From: Eledone cirrhosa
Taxonomy: Eukaryota
NCBI GenBank assembly: GCA_964016885.1
Contig: OZ024743.1
Span: 102,672,001 to 102,736,000, forward strand
DNA: 64,000 nucleotides
Direction of reading: 5' to 3'
Shown: piece by piece, positions 13,293 to 26,147 of the stretch
How the letters are laid out: each line of letters begins with the position of its first letter
Numbering within the stretch: position 1 is the stretch's first letter
Translations under genes and position numbers: made by a program
The notes under the pieces: model-generated
Databases searched by the model: none
The model's input: only the letters and a program-made list of their open reading frames with translations
What the model was told of the DNA's origin: nothing

Positions 13293-13718
13293 TAGTTATA
13301 ATTGGGGAGAGCCCTGCTGCGACTACAAACACACGCAACTATTGGTGTTCACTTCAATTTATAACAAATTTCCAGTTGATTGGTTTAATAACTGAGTGGT
13401 TGTTTATTTGTCAAAGCTCTTTCATCACACATTCAGTGACAAATTTGTTATGTTGTGTCTCATCTTTGTTCTCTCCTACACCATCTTGTTCTGTCCTACA
13501 CCGGCAGTTCTGACCTACACCAGCACAAAATGGTGTAGGACAGAACAAAGGATAGACACAAAATAACAAATTAGTCACTGAGGAAAACGCTTTGACAATA
13601 AATAAAGAAAAGTCCTGTTATTAAACTAACCAACTGGAAATTTGTAATAAATTGAAGTGGAAACGAACAGGTGTGTGTGTCATTTTATTGGCATCATGAC
13701 TCTCCTAAAGTATAACAG
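13293..13718. mobile_element. ~430-bp palindromic element made of two inverted PLE family-B 3' ends
   Basis: The arms are imperfect reverse complements. They are homologous to 57258-57510 and 60240-60488 (for example GATGGCGTAGGACAGAACAAAGG and GAAATTT...TAAATTGAAGTG). Confidence 0.75.
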
Positions 13719-13722
13719 TACT

Positions 13723-13782
<60 letters not shown>

Positions 13783-13969
13783 TATATATAGGAACGAGTA
13801 GGACCCCGACGGCTGAGCTCAAGCCGTTTCGACGGCTAATTCTGGACTAAATGAAAATTTTTATCCTGGTAAATGAATAGCCGAGCTTCTCAAGGGGATA
13901 AAAGTGATTGTCACAAGGATTGGTCAAAAGTTTGTTTTTGAGACACATAATTCTATCATTGCATTTTAT

Positions 13970-14071
<102 letters not shown>

Positions 14072-14074
14072 GTG

Positions 14075-14215
<141 letters not shown>

Positions 14216-14379
14216 GCATATATATATATATATATACATACATACATATATATATATACTGATGAAGCTCAATATTATATTGATGATAGCCAATCCATCA
14301 ATTTCCCCATGTACCTCAAACTTGCATGTATTTATCTGTATGGGTCCCAAGGCCATGTTTTGAGCACAAATGCTTCAAT

Positions 14380-14700
14380 ATTGATATGCATCACGTACAT
14401 AGAAGCCCTAGAAATAAAATCTATCAGGCAGCAGATCAACAAATATGCATCAAGACAATAATTAATGCTTGCAACACCAAAAGTACGAATGTCACCACGA
14501 ATATCTGTCCAAACCCAATCACCAAAGCGCAGACGTAGGATGTTGATGAAGAAGCAGACAAAGAAAACAATAGTCCGTCAATAAGTTCTATAAAACTCGT
14601 CTGTATACTTCATCCATCATGGCATTCCTGCAAGAATGCAAAACGTGATATTTGTTGAAGACAATGTCGCTCTACACTGTAAGAAGACGGCCAATCTATC
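14380..14700 (+). mobile_element. Possible highly decayed PLE 3' fragment
   Basis: [15 protein letters not shown] resembles the E-A-x-x-I...(L/I)-N end of PLE GIY-YIG domains. No other motif is preserved. Confidence 0.3.
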
Positions 14701-15307
14701 TTATAGGATTTGTTTAAAAATCAAACATATTTACACAAAGATGTGGAAAACATTTTCTAGTTCCCTAAAAGTAATACTTATGCTGGCAAAATCACAACTT
14801 AATTAATTTTCCGTCAATTCTGTGTGAATCTTTGACAACGGACGGTGGAATAACCTGTTCGCTTATATTATATAGAATCTCTTCAGCTAAGGTGAGAAGT
14901 AGCGGGTCTATACTATCACAAACTGGAGACCAAACCTTATCATTAACATCAGAGCTACTTTTAGAATTGAAAAGCCTAACAAATGAGTTAATTTTATGAC
15001 AATAATCGCTAGTTTTAAAAGTGCTTATATTAAAAATATTACAATATATGCCCCATATGGAAGTGCAGAGAGACCAGGTTTTGGAAAGTTTCTCGCTATG
15101 GGGTCCTAATATTTTTGCACAATATAATTATGCGGGTTTTTTTTCATTCCTATCATATATCAGGCGACTTTAGAGCCTGCTATATATTGGACTCGATCTA
15201 CATATATATATATATAGTAATAATAATAAATGTGAAGACTAAAATCCGAAGAGGACTTTGGAGATATATATATATATATATATATATAATCTCCAAAATC
15301 CTCTTCG

Positions 15308-15387
<80 letters not shown>

Positions 15388-15394
<7 letters not shown>

Positions 15395-15486
15395 TCCCAA
15401 AAACATGCATTCACACTTTCGTTGCCTGTACAGGCGGCAATATTTCTTAGAATGCTGTTGAAGTGTGTATACATTTTTGGGACACC

Positions 15487-15489
<3 letters not shown>
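15388..15489. mobile_element. ~100-bp Tc1/mariner-like MITE
   Basis: Inverted ends TAGGGTATCCCAAAAA and TTTTTGGGACACCCTG, flanked by TA on both sides. Confidence 0.7.
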
Positions 15490-15522
<33 letters not shown>

Positions 15523-15660
15523 GCACACACACACACACATATATATATATATAACAGATTAAACTATAATCTGTTATTTTAATAAATATTTGCTCTATGG
15601 TTCTTATATATTTGATATATATTTATCCTAATCGAGCCTTCTTTGGATTTTAGTCTTCAC

Positions 15661-15702
<42 letters not shown>

Positions 15703-15703
<1 letters not shown>

Positions 15704-16780
15704 GGTCTGTTCGGCGTCTTTTTGCTCGCTCCCAGTTAGTCGCTTTATTTACCTGTTATAATTATTCGTTGTTAAATGTTTATTGTTGTGTAAGGGATAT
15801 AAGCCCTTGGACTTAGCCGTGTGAAGGAGAAAGTATAATATTTGGGCCTTCTGATCCAACTATTTGAACATTTTACTTTTAAAAATAATTTAAAAAAAAA
15901 CATGGCTGAACGCCCTATCTCCCCCTTCTCACACCCCAGCAATATGTCTGTTGTTGTTTGACAACGGCGTAAACGTTGAGAGAAGTGTTACAGAAATTGA
16001 TACAACAAACACCACCACAAACAACGTGAACAAAGACAACAACACTGAGAACACTAATTTTAACAGCGACAACCAAAAAATGAAAACAAATGCAACAACG
16101 ATATTAACACCACTAACAAGAAAATAAACAATGAAAACAGCAACAGCAACAATACAAATTAAACCGAAAACACTAACAACGGTGGGACCAAAAACACAAC
16201 CAACTACAACAGTGATAACAGCAACAACACCAACAACACCGTTTGTACAGTAGCAACAGCAAAAGCACCAACAACAAGACCAGTAGCAGCAGTAGCTGCA
16301 GCAATAATGGTGCCGCAGTAAAAGGAGCCACTTCTTTTGCAGGTGCGACCCGAAATATAGAAAGAGTGGTAGTCACGGGGGAGGAGATGGCAGTCGCAAG
16401 ACATGACAATATAGTTTCCCTGAAATCTCTACCCGATTTCTTCAAGGACCAGCAGCTACGCACCGTGACTTACCGCACCGTAAGGAAATTGTTACATCGG
16501 GTGGGGAGATCCACGGAGGCTCGAATCCAAAAGGCCTTGGGGTGCGTCTGGGCGCGCAAAACCCACATCGCCCGAGGCAAAAAGTATGCCACAGTAGACG
16601 TACTTTTAGACCCCCCCCCCCAGAAGCGAAGTCTCGCTCTTTGGAAACCCTAAAGAATGAGGAGATAGTCTTCGTGCCCTCCTACTGCGGGCAAACATTT
16701 GTGAGGGTCAAGTCACCCAGGTCCCGCCTGACGTGCCCATACCTTGGCTGGCCACGTATGTATTTTCTCCAAAATCAACT
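15703..16780 (+). mobile_element. Probable 5' part (UTR plus ORF1 remnant) of an L1/Tx1-like LINE
   Basis: Starts right after (TTA)n. An Asn/Thr-rich stretch is followed by a GC-richer frameshifted coding-like segment (16243..16653 continuing into 16542..16862). The ORF1 assignment is inference. Confidence 0.45.
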
Positions 16781-16867
16781 CTTACAAAAACAACACTTGC
16801 ATTCTGTTACAATTTCTTTCTCTTCTACAGCTTCTTCCTTCACCACCCTCCTTCTTCATTAATATTC

Positions 16868-16985
16868 GGGCAGTGGGTTGATAGAGTCGGTACAGCGTCG
16901 GACAAATGATTAGCAGCATTTTTTCTGCCTCTTTACGTTCTTAGTTCAAACCCTGCCGAGATTAACTTTGCCTTTCATACTTCAT
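16868..16985 (+). mobile_element. SINE fragment (5' half, diverged)
   Basis: GTTCAAACCCTGCCGAGATTAACTTTGCCTTTCAT matches the family. Confidence 0.7.
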
Positions 16986-17619
16986 AAACCATTGAGCGCT
17001 ATGTAAACTCGATAAATATTACATTGTTACCCATTTCTGTAATGTAAAATGTGTCTCCCAAAATAACATTCAAGGAACTCTTAGCCCTTTGAGTAACGTG
17101 ATTATAATACCTATTATATGTTAATGGAGATGACAACGTATCCAATGATGTACTTATCTAATGGGATACATGAAGCAGTTCAGACATTTTCACTGATATT
17201 TTGTCACGTATGCATGTCATGTATTTCTTTATTATTGTCATTGAATCTTTCCAATTTACATCTAATCGAAAGTCTAACGGAAATCGACATTAATTCGTTC
17301 ACTTCAAGCAATTATGTTCGCATTCTCGTTTTTGTTTTATAACAAAATGAAGATTTGTTCTTTCTTATTTTCATTACTTAGCGTGACAAAACTAAAATTA
17401 AAAGAACGTATTTTCAAATTACATTTATAAGTTTACTAATTACAACTTCTACTAGATTATTAAGTCTAGTCTTTTTTTAATTACTTTTTTGGATGGTTAT
17501 AGCTATCAATATTGCTACGCTCAGTGGCCCTTTATGATTTTTAAGCGCCCGAGCGAATTACATCAACAAAACTACTTCATACTAAAGAGAAACGAAGCTA
17601 AAACATAACCCCCCCACAT

Positions 17620-17724
17620 TAAGGTTAACTTTGCCTTTCATCCTTACGGGGTCGATAAAATAAAGTACCAGTAATGTACTGGGTGATTGATGGCCTTGTG
17701 CCAAAAGTAGAAACAATTATTATT
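17620..17724 (+). mobile_element. SINE fragment (3' half)
   Basis: AGGTTAACTTTGCCTTTCATCC...GTAGAAACAATTATTATT. Confidence 0.85.
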
Positions 17725-18411
17725 AACTGCTTAAATTGTCTTATTTTGTATGCGTCTTATTCCTTTGTGTTGTTTCTGTTATTTATTAATTCTAGTTGAG
17801 GACGATGCTGCATCAGCTGATGATATATGCTGAGTTCACATTCATTGCTGGGTTTTCCCTTAATTCTCGGTTCATTCATTAAGGCAGGTAGTGGTTAAGA
17901 CATTTCGTTTAGCTGTAGTAATTACAGCTGAGACTCTGTTGAAAGTTTAGTGTCTAACTCAGTAGAAGAGTAATCTCACATGTGCTCAATGTTTTTTAAA
18001 CGACAGGCGTTGTAATCTTGTAGAAATATTTTGTAATGGTAAACTTAAAAATATTGTCACATTCATGTTATGTTCAATACAACCATATATTGATTACAAC
18101 GAAGCGCTGCAGAATAATGTTTTGTTGTTATTGAGCGAATCATATATATTGCATTCTCTAATGACCTCAGGCATAGGAATAAAGATGAACCCGTTCTAAA
18201 TACCAACGTAGTTATGAGAATGACTTCATAGCATGATTTATGGTATCTGAAACGTCGGTAATTATGTTGTAATTATGTTAAAATTACTACACACGCGGAA
18301 CCGTTTCAAAGTATATGTGATCGTAGACGTGAAAAGCAGTTATTAGAATATCGTTGTGAGCTCATGCAAAGTAGGCATAGCGCACCGTCAAATTATAACA
18401 ATGCTTGTAGG

Positions 18412-19488
18412 AGCACTGAGCGCATTCAATGTGCCAGGCGTTCATTTTCATCGGTCTCTGCAGCTCCGTCAGTGAGACAAGTTGCGCGAAGGCCTGTCTC
18501 ACAAACAGGGCCCACACCGGTTGGTCCGTGAGGAATACCTGGAAATGCCGTTGCCTCAGAGCGTGTTTGCGCATCATCAGCCACGACATTCTAAGCCATC
18601 CGTTGGAAAGGTGCTGGCAGCAGACGGATCTCGTCACCAGAGGGGCCTGCTTTTTCCAAAGGAATTGGAAGAACATGCGTTCCATCTTGGTGAGGTATTC
18701 ACGGGGACAAGGCACGACAGTCAAGCGGTAGTAGATGACACACGCTATGAAAGTGTTCGCCACCTCCGCTCGACCTTTCAAGGATAGTTTGCACTTTGCC
18801 CACTTTTGGGTGAGCGCAAATAACTTGGCCGTGACCTCGTTCCAGTTTTTCTCCACCTGGAGGTCCGGACCAAACCAGACCCTATCAATTTCACTGGTCC
18901 TTCCGTCCAGCGTCCGACGACGCTGTCGGACGGCATGGGTTTGCCTGTCCACGTTCCGAGTTGCAAACCGACAGATTTGTCCGGGTTGAGTTTTGCTCGT
19001 GTGAGCCTTTCGTATTCCTGCAGTAAGTTGCCGATCACCCCGATGTCCGAGGTTTTCGACACTATACTGTCATGTCGTCGGCATAAGCCGACGCCGCTTT
19101 CCTCAGTCCCAGTTCGAACGGGATGCCCTGCAAAAGCTCCAACTCCCGCAGTAGTGGCTCTAGAGTCAATACGTTCAGAATGGAGGAGAGAGGGCATCCC
19201 TGTCGGATGGAACGCGTGATTGCGAACGGCTCCGATAGGTAGCCGTTCACCTTGACTGTGAGCAGATGTTTGTGTGCATGGCTGTGATCCAGCCTTTGAA
19301 GACGAGTCCGAAACCGGCCGCATTGAGAACCGCTTCCGAGTATCGATGGTACACCCTATCGAACGCTTTAGACTGATCTAAATTGATCAGAGCCCCACCG
19401 AAGCCGGGTTTACAACCCCACCCTCTCTATAATGTATCGCATGAGGTGGAGGTTGTGGTCTATGGACCTGGTTGAAATTGCACACGTT
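18412..19488 (-). pseudogene. Decayed internal RT fragment of an L1/Tx1-like LINE
   Basis: SIRQGCPLS, SAYADD and LSLKGRAEVANTF occur in several frames. Paralogous to ~20470-21560. Confidence 0.9.
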
Positions 19489-19528
19489 GAGCTATATAAA
19501 TAGAGAGAGTTAAATAGATAGATAGATA

Positions 19529-22500
19529 GATATATTTCTTTATTAGCCACAGGGGCACAAAAGAAGGGGACAAATACAAAGGGGGAAGTTTACATACAAT
19601 AAAAACGTGTAAAATGTTATCACAGATGGAATTTAAAAGTTAGTCGATTTTCCCCAATAGAGGGAGACAGTTTATATGGGTAACACAGACCCCCGAAAAA
19701 AATGTGCAACCCTCATCTCCAGGAGTACGAAGAGCTTGTACTCCTTTCCTCTCCTCCTCCTTTTCCTCAACCTACAGGCTGATATAGAGAGAAGGCCCAT
19801 TCACTCGGGCCATTCTCGCCACTTTCACCCACCTTTCATAAAACTTGCTGGGGTACAGCACCTCTCTCTCCATCCTGATTCTTCTTCCAAAGTGGTATTT
19901 GAAAAAAAGAATCAGTTGTTGGCCGGAGAGAAAGGTGTCTGACCTCAGCCCTTTCAACCTTGTCCACCATACAACCTCTTTCGCCATAGCTATCACACAA
20001 AGGAAAACCGCCTCTCCTTCGTTTTTGAAGGAGGGTGGCGGTTTGATCATGACAATGGACTCGGTGGTCAACTGGATTGGTCCCACCCGCGACAATAGTC
20101 GTTCTACATAGCCCCACAGGTTAGTGACGCCCGGGCAGTGTATGAATGCGTGCGCGACGGTTTCTTCGTCTCGCACGCACCTCGGACAGATCTTTTTTGC
20201 AGGGTCCCTGCCCGGGCGCCCAAGTCTGTAGAGGTTGTCTCGAACTGGTAGAGCTCCTCGGTAGCACTGCCAGGCCAGGGACTTTTGGAAGTTGTCCATC
20301 GGTCCCGGGCGGAAGGTCCTACCGAACAGACTGGCCAGTTCATCTTCCTCCACGCCTAGAGTTTCACCGAGCGCGTCGTCGCACTTGCTGCGGACCAACC
20401 CTCTATAGAATGACGAAGTGGAGTCTCCACTGATCGCCGGGTCCGCCTGCCAGAGGGCTGTGAGCGCCTGAGCACATTCGATGTGCCAGTCGCCCATTTT
20501 CCTCGGTCTCTGCTTGACCCAGGACTGCAGCTCGGTCAGTGAGACGAGTCGTGGGAAGGCTCGCCTCACGAACGGGGCCCACACCGGTTGTCCGGTGAGG
20601 AATACGTAGAGATGCCGCAGCCTGAGCGCGTGTTTGCGCATCGTCAACCACGGCATCCCCAGCCCTCCGTTAGAAGGGTGTTGGCAGCAGATGGATCTTC
20701 TTACCAAAGGAGCCCGCCTCTTCCAAAGGAATCGGAAGAGGGCGCGCTCCATTTTGGCGAGCGTTTTGGCTGGACAAGGCACGACGGTCAAGCGGTAGTA
20801 GATGGCGGACGCTATAAAAGTGTTCACCACCTCCGCTCGACCTTTCAAGGATAGTTTGCACTCGGCCCACTTCTGGGTGAGTGCAAACACCTTGGCCGTC
20901 ACTTCGTTCCAGTTCTTCTCCACCTGGAGGTCCGGACCAAACCAGACCCCGAGCAGCTTTACCGGTCCTTCCGTCCAGCGCCCGACGACGCCATCGGAAG
21001 GCATCGGTCTGCCTCTCCACGATCCGAGTTGCAAACCGATGGACTTGTCCCGGTTCAGCTTCGCTCCTGTGAGACTTTCGTATTCCTTTAGTAAGGTGCC
21101 GACTTTCTCGATTTGCGAGGCGCTCGACACCATTACTGTCACGTCGTCGGCGTAGGCCGACGCCGCTTTCCGCAGTCCCGGTTCCAGAGGGATGCCCTGC
21201 AATAGCTCCAGCTTCCGCAGTAGTGGCTCGAGAGTCAGTACGTACAGAAGGGAGGAGAGAGAGCATCCCTGTCGAATGGATCGCGTAATATGGAACGGCT
21301 CCGAGAGGTGACCGTTCACCTTGACCCTTGAGCAGATGTTGCTGTTGTGCATTGCAGCAATCCAGCCCCTGAACACGGGTCCGAAGCCTGCCGCCTCGAG
21401 CACCGCATCCAGGTAACGATGGTCAACCCTATCGAAAGCCTTAGACTGATCCAAGTTGATCAGGGCCCCACCGAAGCCGGGTTTACACCCTACCCTCTCT
21501 ATGATGTATCGCATGAGGTGGAGGTTGTCGTGTATGGACCTGGTCGGGATCGCGCATGTCTGCGCTTCTCCCACCAGGTTCTCGACGACAAGCGCCAGCC
21601 TCTTTGCCAACACCTTGGCCAAAATCTGTAACTCTGTGTTTAGCAGAGTTATGGGCCGGAAGTTGCCTATGTCATCCCCCTTATTCTCGTCCTTCCTGAT
21701 TAGTGTGACCACGCCCCCGGTTACAGAACTGGGAATTCTCCCGTTCTGTTGCCAGTGTCAGTAGACCGCTTCCAGGAGACCGGAGAATAAGTCCGGCATT
21801 GCTACGTAAAATTCGTAGGGTAGACCGTCGAGACCTGGAGATTTGCGTTTGCCGCATTGGCTCAGCGCGTCCCCTATCTCAGTGGCTGAAATCGGCTTTT
21901 CGCAGAACTTCGCCTCGCTGTCCGAGAGTCGCGGTAGGCCGTCGAGGTAAGGACCGAAATCCATAGCCTCTCCCGGCGCGCCGCTCCCCCCGAACAGCCG
22001 AGCAAAGTGCCGCTGAAAAGCCGCACACATCTGCTTCGGCTCACGTATCACGCGTCCGTTTTGGTCCTTCAAAGACCGAATCGTGGACTTGTTGCCACTT
22101 TTTGCCTCCGTCACTCGGGCCCAGCTAACAGCTTTGGCTCCCTCGTTTCCCAGAGCACGTATTTTGCTTCTGACAACGCAGCCCTCGTGCTTTGCGTCGA
22201 AGAACTGGTCCAAGGCCGTTCTCGTTGCTAGCACGCTGGCTACGTTGCCACTTCTAATAGCCTCTTCTACTTTATCTACCAGTTCCTTCTCGGTTCTATT
22301 TCTATCTAACGCTAATTCTTTACTAAAAACTATCGAGTCTAATCTAACTGCCCTCTTGAGAGAGTACCACCATCTGTTGTTGACAATGGCCCCTGTCAAG
22401 TGCTGTTTAACTAAAGTGCTAATCCGTCTACTGTAGGCTTTGCTTGTCGGTAACGACAAGTTCAGCTTCCAGTAGCCGGGTCCTTGTCTATGGGTTCTAT

Positions 22501-23188
22501 CAAGGTTGGCCATGCAGGTCACTAGTTTGTGATCTGAATAGGCAACCATGAACATTTGTGGACAGCTTAACATGTCCCTATCCTTATTTCTAACTAGAAC
22601 CCTATCTAGGTACGATCTAGATGTTCCGCTACGATTACTCCACGTCCACAGTGGCGCAGTCGGAAAATCTAGTCGATATCTATCGGCCAGGTCAAATCGG
22701 TCGATTAACTGTTTGAGGCTGTTACACCCCCCTTTATCGGGACATGCTCCCACATAGTCCCACCATACAATCTCTTTCGCCATAGCTTTCACACAAAGGA
22801 AAACCGCCTCCCCCTCGTTTTTGAAGGAGGGTGCCGGTTTGATCATGACAATGGACTCGGTTGTCAACCGGATTGGTCCCACGCGCGACAATAGTCGTTC
22901 TACATAGCGTGTGCGACGGTTTCTTCGTCTCGCACGCATCTCGGACAGATCTTTTTCGAAGGGTCCCTGCCCGGGTGCCCATGTCTGCAGAGCTTGTTTC
23001 GAACTGGTAGAGCTCCTCGGTAGCACTGCCTGACCAGGGACTTTTGGAAGTTATCCATCGGTCCCAGGCGGCAGGTTCTACCGAACAGACTGGCCAGTTC
23101 GTCTTCCTCTACGCCTAGATTTTCTCCGAGCGCGTCGTCGCACTTGCTGCGGACCAACCCTCTATAGAATGACGAAATCTGCCTGCCA
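19529..23188 (-). mobile_element. L1/Tx1-like LINE (partial APE, RT, zinc knuckle, 3' UTR) with a chimeric 5' end, inserted in (GATA)n
   Basis: ORF2 motifs, AATAAA at the 3' end, and (TAGA)n on both flanks (~19514-19530 and 23189 onward). Confidence 0.92.
19772..22760 (-). pseudogene. Tx1-like ORF2 (APE C-terminal half, RT, CCHC) with one in-frame stop
   Basis: Motifs WTW...SYLDR...SDH (APE), KSPGLDG, FRPITLLN, DQSKAFD, QGCSLS, YADD, CPRC..H..C. ORFs 21758..23026 and 19772..21712 are in the same frame, separated by TGA at 21758-21760; the paralog at 31.5 kb has Cys at that position. Confidence 0.92.
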
Positions 23189-23198
23189 GATAGATAGG

Positions 23199-23261
<63 letters not shown>

Positions 23262-23751
23262 ATAGATAGATTGAAATTTATTATAGATTAAAATAAAGGT
23301 TTAGAAATTTAAGAATTTAAGAATTTAAAAATTAAAAAACTTAATTAAGAGGTAAGGGAAAAGATAGATTGTGCGTGCACACAGTCACATTACAGATACC
23401 AGTCATGTGAACGATTCGATTGAATGAGTTGAGACGTAATAAACAAATACTATATTAGCAACTGACGTCATTCACACGGAAAGCGAAGTAACCATCGATA
23501 AACGCTTGAAAACGACTTAGAAAAAATTTAAATCGAAATAAAATGTTATCCCAAAGAGAGGAACATTATCCACTGAAGGTTCCTTAAACCTTGATGAAAG
23601 GAATTTCAGGTCCCGAAATATTGGACAGATAAACGAAGAAAAACGACAACAACAAAACAAACATTACGAGGTAGCTTTTACTTTTCCTTACCTCATCTTA
23701 CAGTCCATTTTACATTGTCTAGCCTTCTATCTCTTTCAACGTTAAATAACT

Positions 23752-24830
23752 TTTTTCTATTGGTCACGAGGGGAATGCGTTTCTTTTATTGGTCGCGGTG
23801 AGTCTCCGTTTTTATTGGCCCTGACGGGGTCGGTTTTTTTATTGGTCACGGCATGGGTCCGTTCTTTTATTGGCGCGGCGGGCGATCCGTTTATTACATT
23901 GGGCGTGGCGAAAGGGGGGGGGGTCAGTTTGTTATTGGGCGTGGCGGGGTTTCTTTTTTAATTGTGCGAGGTGGGGTTCCTTTTTAATTGAGCATCGCGG
24001 GATGTCCGTTCTTTTATTCGCTTGGCGGCGATTTGTTTTTTATGGGATGCGGCGGGGAAACCGTTTTTTGGAAGCTGATTTTTTCATTGAGATTGGAGGG
24101 GGCTTTTTCTTTTTCTTTTATTGGCTTGGCTAGGGTCAGTTTTTCTATTTAACGTGGTGGTGGTGGGGGGTCAGTTTTTCTAACTGTGCGCGGCGAGGGG
24201 ACCGTATTTTTATTGGAACCGATGGGGGTAGGGGCTGTTTTTATTGGGCGAGTTGTCGGGCCGTTTTTTTATTAGGCGAAGCGGGGTCCGTTTTTCTTAT
24301 TTGCGCAGCGGGGGTACCTTTTTTCTATTGGGCGCGGTGGGGGTCCGTTTTATGTAGGGTGACGCGGGTAGTCCTTTTTTTTATTGGGCGTAGCGGGGAT
24401 CCATTTTTCTGATTGGACGCAGTGGGATGTCCATTTTTCTTATTGTGCGTGGGCAGTGTCCATTTTTTTTAATGGGAACAGCGGGCGGCGAGTCATTTTT
24501 TTTATTGGCACGTCAGTGTTCTTGTTTTATACTGGGCGTGGCGGCTGAGAGGTTTTATTATTGGGAGTGGCGGGGGGTGCCACCTTTTTTGCGATTGACA
24601 GGGAGCCGTTTTTTATTGGACGTGGTGAGGGGTCCGTTTTTCCTATTGAGCGCGACAAGTGTCCTTTTATATTCTGCGTGGTGGGGTGCCGGTTTTTTTA
24701 TTGGCGCGCCTTGGTGTTCATTTTTCATACTGGGTGCGACCGGGGTCCGTTTTTTTATTGGCGCAGCGGGAGGTCCGTTTATTTTATTGGGTGCGGTGGT
24801 GTGTCCGTATTTTATCGGAGTGTCCGTTTT
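23752..24830. repeat. Degenerate ~29-bp tandem satellite, consensus approximately TTTTTTATTGGGCGCGGCGGGGGTCCGT
   Basis: Recurrent T-run, ATTGG, GC-rich, GTCCG units across ~1.1 kb. A few similar units also occur at ~26460-26530. Confidence 0.85.
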
Positions 24831-24922
24831 GGGTGTTGGGATTTGGGGTTATTAAGGTTGGGGTTATTAGGATTGGGTTTAATGTTAGTTTCAGGTTAAA
24901 GTTTAGGGTTATGGTTAGGGTG
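24831..24922 (+). repeat. Degenerate TTAGGG-like repeats
   Basis: TTGGGG, TTAAGG, TTAGGA, TCAGG, TTAGGG TTATGG TTAGGG. Confidence 0.6.
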
Positions 24923-25539
24923 CAATGAATGAAAGTATGCGCTTAAACTATCATCACATTTGTGCCAGCTTAACGGTAACTTGATTATGGCTGCAGCAAA
25001 GAAGTCTGGGGTGTGAGAGGGGTAATGAAATGGCGAAAGGCTGTTTTCGCTACTCCTTGAGAATTAAATGTTTTTCCTTGCAAGAAGTGGTCCAATGCCT
25101 GGAAGACGTGATATTCAGTTGTTGCATGTTCTGGTGAATATTTTTCGTCTTTTGACGTGACCTTTCTGGCCAGACCAATTTTATGTGAGATTCGGTTGTT
25201 TTTTTTGTTTTGGTGATTTGGCCGATTGTATTGGTCGCGCTTTCGCCTGGCCAGCTCTTATTGACCAACCTTTGATTTTCTGCTCAACTTATTTCTTCAA
25301 AATTATTGTATTCTAGCTTATTTAATATTCACTTTCCTTGCCACTAAATTACCATCAGTATATTATTTGCTTTCTGATCAAGTTACCGACCGTACGTTCC
25401 ATTCTCCGATAATTGGTGGTGTAAAGGAGGTTTTAGTAAATAGTGTGTATCATACGTATTTTACAATAGGTAAATATAGTGTTTCACCACAATATTTCCA
25501 AGTTTATCTTATCACGCAACATATTTTAAGACACAGTTT

Positions 25540-26100
25540 TACCCTATGTTATGATCGATGGAGATAAAGTAAAGGCTGTGGAATCATTTGTCGATATTGA
25601 AACAAAAGTTAAAACAACCGAGAATATTTCAACGATGATTTTGGAAAAATTAAAGAAAAGCGGAATATTCAACATTTTAGAGGGCAAGCATATGATAATG
25701 CTGTGGTGATAGGTGGTCTAAATACTGTGTTCAGAAACGTATCAAGGAAATTGTCGCTTGTAAAAATCACTCCTTGAATTTGGCAGATGTTCATGCAGCT
25801 TCTGTTGGTATGAATTCTGTTGCCTTTTTGGGGGATGTGGAACGTTTGTTTGTATTTTTTCTTCCTCAACCCAACGCTGGGATATTCTAATTTCAGTCAC
25901 TGGTTAAATTGTCAAGCGTATAATAGAAACTCGTTAGAATTCAAGGACGGAAGCTGTAAGTGTTGTAAAGAAACATTTCTCAAGAATCTTAAGTGCTCTA
26001 GAAAAGTTAACTGGTGAAGAAGAAAATACAGTTACAAGGGCAGCTGTTGGTGTTCTACTTGATGCGCTGAAATTATTTTCCTTTTCGTGGTTTCTTTTAT
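25540..26100 (+). pseudogene. hAT-superfamily (ZMYM1/Tip100-like) transposase remnant
   Basis: Manual translation across frameshifts gives ESFVD, ILEKL, RGQAYDNA, NHSLNLA, SSTQRWDIL, ETR*NSR..AV and ILSALEKL, in the order of the hAT catalytic core. Confidence 0.8.
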
Positions 26101-26147
26101 TGTTTATTTTACACACACACACATATATATATGTGTGTGTAAAATAA

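Noticed and set aside
23752-24830. CRISPR-like periodic array
   Set aside because: The units are degenerate and contiguous with no unique spacers, there are no cas genes, and the context is eukaryotic.
24831-24922. Chromosome fusion site or true telomere
   Set aside because: Only two perfect TTAGGG units and no head-to-head CCCTAA array.
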